Source: Spirochaetales bacterium
GTDB lineage: Bacteria; Spirochaetota; Spirochaetia; JABEVK01
Length of the DNA: 64,000 bases
Reading direction: 5' to 3'
Assembly: GCA_037142615.1 (NCBI GenBank)
Contig: JBAXAI010000003.1
Coordinates: forward strand, 96,001-160,000
The first letter of the stretch is position 1. Each line of letters starts with the position of its first letter. Positions 58,425-64,000 of this stretch are shown one piece after another. A program made the position numbers and the translations under genes. The notes below the pieces were generated by a model. That model had not been told where the DNA came from. It was given only the letters and a program-made list of their open reading frames with translations, and searched no databases.

Positions 58425-58755
58425 CGTTGGCGAGGTGATCAAGGTGCCGTTCCCGTACACCGACCGACCTGTCCGCGAACGACGACCCGCGCTGGTCGTG
58501 GCAAACGGTGGTGCGCTGAAGGAGCCGGGGCTGTTGTGGGTACTCATGGTGACCTCGGCAGCCCATCGACGCTGGCCGGGTGACGTCGCAGTGAGCGATC
58601 TGTCGGGGGCCGGGCTGCCCGTTCCGTCGGTTGTCCGGACAGCCAAGATTGCGACCATCGAGGCGCAGGAAGCACTCCCGCTGGGGCGACTTTCGGCTGC
58701 CGACGACTTGCTGGTCCGCCATGAACTCGACCAGACTTGGAAACGGGGGAGTTAG
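58411..58755 (+). CDS. mazF: PemK/MazF toxin
   Basis: VPFPYTD....RRPALVV, MVTS, AGLPVPSVVR. Confidence 0.88.
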   Translation: MASFDVGEVIKVPFPYTDRPVRERRPALVVANGGALKEPGLLWVLMVTSAAHRRWPGDVAVSDLSGAGLPVPSVVRTAKIATIEAQEALPLGRLSAADDLLVRHELDQTWKRGS

Positions 58756-58757
58756 CC

Positions 58758-60095
58758 ATGGCCAAAAAAAAGACCGCGTACATCTGCAACGCCTGCCAGC
58801 ACGAAGAATCGCGTTGGCTGGGAAGGTGCCCGCAATGTGGCACCTGGAACAGCTTCAGCGAAGAGGTCGTGGCCAACACGCCCAAGGCCGCCCCGCTCCC
58901 CGGCGCCCCGCGCGCCACCTCGGGTGGGCACAGCATTCCGTTGGCAGCGCTCGAGGCCCAAAGCGATCTGCGCATCGACGCGGGCATCGGCGAGGTGAAC
59001 CAGGTGCTCGGCGGTGGCATCATCCGAGGCGCGTCGGTGCTCATCGGTGGCGAACCCGGCATCGGCAAGTCGACGCTCTTGCTGCAATTGGCCGCCAAGG
59101 TAAAAACCGCCGGCCGCGTGCTCTACATCACTGGCGAGGAGTCGGCCGCGCAGATCAAGATGCGGGCCGATCGGCTCGGTATCTCGCGGCAGGGTCTGGA
59201 GATCCTCGTTGAGACTCACGTTCCTGTCATCAACAACGTGCTCGAAAAGATCAAGCCGGTGCTGGTCATCGTCGACAGCATCCAGACGCTTTACAACCCC
59301 GAGGCCGGTGAAGTGCCGGGCACGGTCAACCAGCTCAAGTACGGCTGCCACGAGATCCTCAGCTGGTGCAAGGAACACGAGACTTCGAGCTTCCTCATCG
59401 CGCATGTGACCAAGGGGGGCCAGATCGCGGGCCCCAAGGTGATCGAGCACATGGTCGACACGGTGCTGCACTTCGAGCAGGCCGCAGGCGACATTCGCAT
59501 CCTGCGTGCCACCAAGAACCGCTTCGGCAGCGTCGACGAGGTGGGGCTGTTCACGATGGACGAAAAGGGCCTGAACGAGGTGACCAACCCGGCGTCGATC
59601 TTTCTTATCCAGCGCGAGGGTGAGCTTCCGCCGGGCATCAGCGTGGCGCCGATTTTCGAAGGAAGCCGGGCGCTGTTGGTGGAGCTTCAGGCACTCACGG
59701 TACCGGCCAAGGGCGGCATGAGCCGGGTATTCAGCGACCGCATCGACTCGGGCCGGGTGAGCCGCATTGCCGCCATCCTGGAAAAACACACGGGCCTCAA
59801 GTTCAGCGAACAAGACATTTACGTGAACGTGGCAGGGGGAATGCGCATCAGCGACCCCGGGGCCGATCTGCCGTTGGCGCTGGCCTTGTACAGCGCACGC
59901 ACCGGTCAGCCCCTGCCCCCCGGCGTCGCCAGCGCCGGCGAGCTCAGCTTGGCTGGCGAGGTGCGCCCCACCACCCACCTGCGCCGCCGGGTCAAGGCCG
60001 CCAACGACCTGGGTTTCGACCGCGTGGTCGTCCCCGAACCGGGCAAAATCCGCCGCATCCAAGATGCGCTCAAACTGATCTGGAAGGATAAGTGA
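58758..60095 (+). CDS. radA: DNA repair protein RadA/Sms
   Basis: Zn finger CNAC...CPQC, GEPGIGKST, KNRFG, Lon-like C-terminus. Confidence 0.96.
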   Translation: MAKKKTAYICNACQHEESRWLGRCPQCGTWNSFSEEVVANTPKAAPLPGAPRATSGGHSIPLAALEAQSDLRIDAGIGEVNQVLGGGIIRGASVLIGGEPGIGKSTLLLQLAAKVKTAGRVLYITGEESAAQIKMRADRLGISRQGLEILVETHVPVINNVLEKIKPVLVIVDSIQTLYNPEAGEVPGTVNQLKYGCHEILSWCKEHETSSFLIAHVTKGGQIAGPKVIEHMVDTVLHFEQAAGDIRILRATKNRFGSVDEVGLFTMDEKGLNEVTNPASIFLIQREGELPPGISVAPIFEGSRALLVELQALTVPAKGGMSRVFSDRIDSGRVSRIAAILEKHTGLKFSEQDIYVNVAGGMRISDPGADLPLALALYSARTGQPLPPGVASAGELSLAGEVRPTTHLRRRVKAANDLGFDRVVVPEPGKIRRIQDALKLIWKDK

Positions 60096-60778
60096 CCGAA
60101 GGCCCAGAGGCCGAGTTGCCGCCACGCCCCTCGCCGGCGACGCTCGAGCGGCTGGCGCTGATGGCGGCCATGCTGGCTGATCTTGCCGCCGCTTACCGCG
60201 ACAAAGTGACCAGCAACGACCTCGCGCGCTGGCTGGGGACGACCGCGGCAACGGTGCGCAAGGACATTGGCTGGACCCGTGGCGGCCCAAGTGGCGTGAT
60301 AGGCCGTTCAGCCTATCACCCCGGCGAGGGCCCACCCGCCGGCAGCTTAGGCGGAACAGCCTATCCTGTCGCCGAGTTGGCCCTGCGAATCCAAGCCTAT
60401 TTGCACCCGGAGCCGAGGGTGCCGCTCAAGACGGGCTTGGCGGGACTGAGCGACGCCGGGCTTGCCTTCGCCAGCGACTTGCAGCGCGAGCCAGAAGGTC
60501 CTTACCGCCTGCTCGCGGGTTTCGACTCCCGGGCCAACCGGCTGGAACAACTCGAAGTGACGTTTCCGCTTTGGCCAACGACCGACATCACGGCCGTGAG
60601 CCTGAAGTTGGGGCTCGAAGCGGCCATCCTGATGGTGCCTGCCGGCGACGCCCAGCGGGTAGCCGAGCGCTTCGTGCAAGGCGGCGTACGGCGACTGGTC
60701 AACTACTCTTCGGCGGTGCTGCGCCTCAACCGACGGCAGGTGTGGGTGCGCGAGTGCGGGGTGTTCACCGGGGCGTGA
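60092..60778 (+). CDS. Divergent Rex-like regulator
   Basis: ATLERL, VTSNDLA...AATVRKDI, AY.V, LLAGFD, GVRRLVNY; Rossmann motif is degenerate. Confidence 0.75.
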   Translation: MTEGPEAELPPRPSPATLERLALMAAMLADLAAAYRDKVTSNDLARWLGTTAATVRKDIGWTRGGPSGVIGRSAYHPGEGPPAGSLGGTAYPVAELALRIQAYLHPEPRVPLKTGLAGLSDAGLAFASDLQREPEGPYRLLAGFDSRANRLEQLEVTFPLWPTTDITAVSLKLGLEAAILMVPAGDAQRVAERFVQGGVRRLVNYSSAVLRLNRRQVWVRECGVFTGA

Positions 60779-61538
60779 TTGGTTCGACCACCGCCAGGCG
60801 TCGAATGGCCGCAGAAACAGCCGGGTCGATCTCGCCCAAGGTTTCCAGCGCCGAAAGAACCTGCATCGCTACCGCGACAAAGTCGTTCCAGCTACCGAAG
60901 GCCGCCGACACCACCGGACCCACCCCTGGGTACAGGAACTCGAACCGACGGCGAGGCGAAAAGGGGTCGCCCCGCGTCGAAGTCGAGTCACGGCGCAACA
61001 ACTCCACGACGGCGCCAAGAACCTCAACATGAAGTCGTTCCCACGCCGCCAGAATCTCGCCACGCAGGTAGCGCCCCAGCGCCACGAACAGTTGGCAGGC
61101 AGCCTCGTTCAGCCAGTATTCCGTGCTCTTTGCAGGGGCCGCGGGGAAGCTGACTCGGCTTGTCGCCAGCGACCGATCGAACTCGGTAGCGGCCCAAACG
61201 ATCCTGGCGGGTGCGTACAGAATGGTGGCCAGATGCTCGGTCGTGACGATCCCAAACTCCGCAAACACATCGCCGTCGAAGAGAACCTTCCAAGCATCAG
61301 GAAGATACCGAAAGCGCCAAAGCGGAACAGCCGCCGCCTCCAGCCAACTGAGGGAGCTTTGAGCCTCGGTCGCGAACTCCGGCTTCACGACGACAAAGAA
61401 GTCCAAGTCGGACCATTGGTCGAGCCGGGCATACTCGGGGCCGCAGGAGCCGGTTCCGAGAACCGCCAGAAAACGACCATCGGCGGCGACGCCGTGGCCG
61501 ATCGACTCAAGAAGGTCCCAGCGAGTTTGGTCTACCAT
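60765..61538 (-). CDS. Nucleotidyltransferase (lincosamide/aminoglycoside NTase-like)
   Basis: LGTGS...RLDQWSDLDFFVVV Pol-beta-type motif followed by a helical substrate-binding domain. Confidence 0.75.
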   Translation of the reverse strand: MVDQTRWDLLESIGHGVAADGRFLAVLGTGSCGPEYARLDQWSDLDFFVVVKPEFATEAQSSLSWLEAAAVPLWRFRYLPDAWKVLFDGDVFAEFGIVTTEHLATILYAPARIVWAATEFDRSLATSRVSFPAAPAKSTEYWLNEAACQLFVALGRYLRGEILAAWERLHVEVLGAVVELLRRDSTSTRGDPFSPRRRFEFLYPGVGPVVSAAFGSWNDFVAVAMQVLSALETLGEIDPAVSAAIRRLAVVEPITPR

Positions 61539-64000
61539 TGGCGCGTCCCGGGAAGCAGTTCGACGACTTCGCGGTCTTTACCGGGGCAATCGAGCCACAA
61601 AGTGACCGGCAGACGGGTGGCGTTGTTCACACTCCCACGGAGGTTCCCGCTTGCCAAACGCAGGTTGACGCCGATTTCGCGGCCGTCCCAGCTTTCGTAG
61701 AGCGCCACGACAGGTTCATCGAGAACGACCAGAAGGGTCAGCCGACTGTAGGCGTCCGTTTGATGGCCGACCGAACTGGGAAACCGCCCGCTGTCGCCCA
61801 GGTTGAGCGCAACGAGGCTCCCTGCGCGAACCCAAACGGGAAGCACTTCGAGCGGCGCAACCACATCGCGCACGGTCGGTCCCTCAACCCTGCTGCGGTC
61901 AAAAAGGCCGATCCAAGTTCCTGCTGGGAACACCACAGAGCGGGAAGCCACCCCTTCGTGGACCACGGGAGCCACCAGCAGGGCTCGGCCGAGCAGGTAC
62001 TCGTCGTCGACGTGCCTGACGTTCTCGTCACCAGGGAACTCGAAGGCCAGCGCGCGCATGAGCGGCGTCCCGTCGACCACGCAGGCCCGTGCTTCGTCCC
62101 ACAAATAGGGGAGCAAGTTCATACGGGCGTGGGCGAAGAAGCGGTACAGGGGCAAAACTCGGGGGTCACCCGTCCGCTCGGCGAGGTTCCACGGCGTGCG
62201 ATCGCGGTTCTTTTCGCCTTTTGACTCGGCGTGGTATTGCATGATGGGGCAGAAGGCCGCCATCGCCGCGCTGCGCAAGAAAAGTTCTGCCGTGGGAATA
62301 TCGCCGTTGAAACCTCCCAGGTCGAAGCCCCAGAAGGGCAAACCAGAAAAGCCGGCACTGAGCCCCGCCCTGATGGAGGCACGGAACGCTTCAAACGTGG
62401 ACCTCTCGTCGCCGGCCCAGTGGGCGGGCACGGTGTGCGCGCCAACAAAACCAGCGCGCGAGAAGGTCAGCCCGTTCCCCCCTGTTTCCTGCTGAACGAA
62501 CCGGTGGAAGGCTCCCACGTAGACGGCAGGGTAGCGGTTGCGCTGCGCGTTGTCGCCGTACACGCCTTCGCCCCCGTCGGACTTGACGCCATCGATCCCT
62601 AACTCGGTGAACCAATAACGGCGCTTGGCAAACCACCATTCGGCGGCGGCAGCGTTGTCAAAGTCAGGCACCAGACTGCGTTTGAACCATTCGAAGTCGG
62701 GAATCCGATAGGGGGTTCCATCCGGCTTCTTGACGGCAAAGCCCTTTTCGAGCATGTAGGCTTCGTCGTTGTCACGCTGGGTATGGGGCAGGCCGTCCAT
62801 GTACTTCATCACCGGAGCCTGCCACAGCAAGACTTTGAGGCCCTGGTCGTGAAGTTTCTGGATCATGGCCTTGGGGTCGGGCCAGCGCCCCTGCTCAGGG
62901 AACTGAAAATCACCGAGCATGAAGCTCTCGCCGCCGGTCTTGGGTTCGTAGACCGCATCGTTGAACGCATAGAACGTGGCCTCGTCGCTCCACTGTTCCA
63001 ACACCAGAACCGTCGCGGGGAGGTCAAGATCGACCGTTTTTTGGGCCTCGCGAAGCGTCAGAGCCTGGTTGTCCCAGTTGTTGCTGCTCATCCACGGCCC
63101 AAACGCCCACCGGGGCGGCAACTCGGCGGTGCCACTGCGGGCCTGCCAGGCGCCCGTCACCTGCTTGGGTGTCCCGGTGAGAAAGGTCAGTCCCGGGACC
63201 GTGCCCACCTCGGCCGGCTCGGCAATGATTTCGACCAGCCCTCCGAGCCTGTCGCAAAAACCGACCTCAACCAAGGCGTCGGACTCGATGCAGACGCCGT
63301 AGCCACCGGCCCCACCCAGACTCTGGAAAAATGGCATGGGGATGTAGGCTCGGTCGCCCTGGTCGCGATATTGATTGAAGACCCACGAGTCGAGGCGGCG
63401 TCCCCGGTACCCGAGCGAAGCGAAGCGCTCACCCATGCCGTAGAACTCCTCGCCGGGCTGCACCCGCAGGCGCCAAGTGACCCGCAGCAGAGTTCCATCA
63501 GGACCCAGGTCGAGAGAGACCGCAGGAAGACCGGCGCCAGACCAACTTTGAGCCAGCGTGAGGCCGTTTTCCACAAGAACAAACCCGCCCTCAGCGCCGG
63601 GTTGAAGTCGCGCTTCGCCACCGGAGGCAAAAACGACCGGGAACGTCAGGCTGTCGGAAGCAACCACCGACCACCCCTTGCCGACTGGCTTGAGCCAGGC
63701 CGCGACACGCTTCCCGACACCGAAGGACCACTGGGCCTCGCCAAGCTGATAGGCCACGTTCTGACCGGCCGCAAAGGGCCCCAGTTGGGCCTCCCAATAG
63801 CCTTCGGCCCCATCGCTCCCCACGTGCACCAGGGGTACCTCAAACGAGCTTTGCTCTACGGTGACCCGTGCCACGACCGCTTCATCGGCCACGAACGGCC
63901 TAACCACGGCGCGGATGGTGACCAGTTCCCCCTCGACCGGTTGGAACGGCAGCCGCGCTCGGTCGTTCGTCAGGTAGCGGTTGCCGTGGCCCTCGGGGAC
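61532..64000 (-). CDS. GH31 alpha-glucosidase/transglucosidase of the cycloalternan-enzyme type; start lies beyond the window
   Basis: Frame is open to base 64000. WMSSNNW, VLEQWSDEATFY, GIDGVKSDGGE (nucleophile), HWAGDERST, WGFDLGGF. Confidence 0.88.
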   Translation of the reverse strand, partial: VPEGHGNRYLTNDRARLPFQPVEGELVTIRAVVRPFVADEAVVARVTVEQSSFEVPLVHVGSDGAEGYWEAQLGPFAAGQNVAYQLGEAQWSFGVGKRVAAWLKPVGKGWSVVASDSLTFPVVFASGGEARLQPGAEGGFVLVENGLTLAQSWSGAGLPAVSLDLGPDGTLLRVTWRLRVQPGEEFYGMGERFASLGYRGRRLDSWVFNQYRDQGDRAYIPMPFFQSLGGAGGYGVCIESDALVEVGFCDRLGGLVEIIAEPAEVGTVPGLTFLTGTPKQVTGAWQARSGTAELPPRWAFGPWMSSNNWDNQALTLREAQKTVDLDLPATVLVLEQWSDEATFYAFNDAVYEPKTGGESFMLGDFQFPEQGRWPDPKAMIQKLHDQGLKVLLWQAPVMKYMDGLPHTQRDNDEAYMLEKGFAVKKPDGTPYRIPDFEWFKRSLVPDFDNAAAAEWWFAKRRYWFTELGIDGVKSDGGEGVYGDNAQRNRYPAVYVGAFHRFVQQETGGNGLTFSRAGFVGAHTVPAHWAGDERSTFEAFRASIRAGLSAGFSGLPFWGFDLGGFNGDIPTAELFLRSAAMAAFCPIMQYHAESKGEKNRDRTPWNLAERTGDPRVLPLYRFFAHARMNLLPYLWDEARACVVDGTPLMRALAFEFPGDENVRHVDDEYLLGRALLVAPVVHEGVASRSVVFPAGTWIGLFDRSRVEGPTVRDVVAPLEVLPVWVRAGSLVALNLGDSGRFPSSVGHQTDAYSRLTLLVVLDEPVVALYESWDGREIGVNLRLASGNLRGSVNNATRLPVTLWLDCPGKDREVVELLPGTRQW

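Noticed and set aside
1-64000. CRISPR array, tRNA, rRNA, retron or DGR
   Set aside because: I found no regularly spaced repeats, cloverleaf or rRNA-like tracts, cas genes or reverse transcriptase by eye.

Overview
GC-rich bacterial chromosome segment, probably from a free-living anaerobic spirochaete. This is an inference from a spirochaete-type lipobox (LALVSC), two Rex paralogues, Uma2 paralogues and rnfCDGEAB. Housekeeping and metabolic genes: ychF, mutY, sixA, malQ, mgtE-like, rnfCDGEAB, fumC, aroK-aroC, rubredoxin, rex, uup, radA. Carbohydrate genes: a beta-1,3-glucan locus (GH16, ABC importer, GH149-like phosphorylase, ROK regulator), plus a GH13 and a GH31 cut by the window edges. An accessory block at about 4.4-16.6 kb around ychF holds a head-to-head pair of a secreted 4x DM9-lectin protein and a secreted caspase-like protease, a disrupted hybrid kinase, intact and eroded toxin-antitoxin modules, a Uma2 nuclease and an NgoMIV-type restriction-modification system. 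The best candidates for an undescribed system are (i) the DM9 lectin/exported caspase pair and (ii) a cNMP-binding domain fused to a nucleoside-phosphorylase-like (DUF6909-type) domain, with an unusual membrane adenylate cyclase nearby. Two window-wide patterns stand out: many genes have a -10 hexamer 5-7 nt before the ATG (leaderless-type), and many accessory genes survive only as internally deleted mosaics. I saw no rRNA, tRNA, CRISPR array, integrase or transposase. All family assignments come from recognising motifs by eye, not from database searches.
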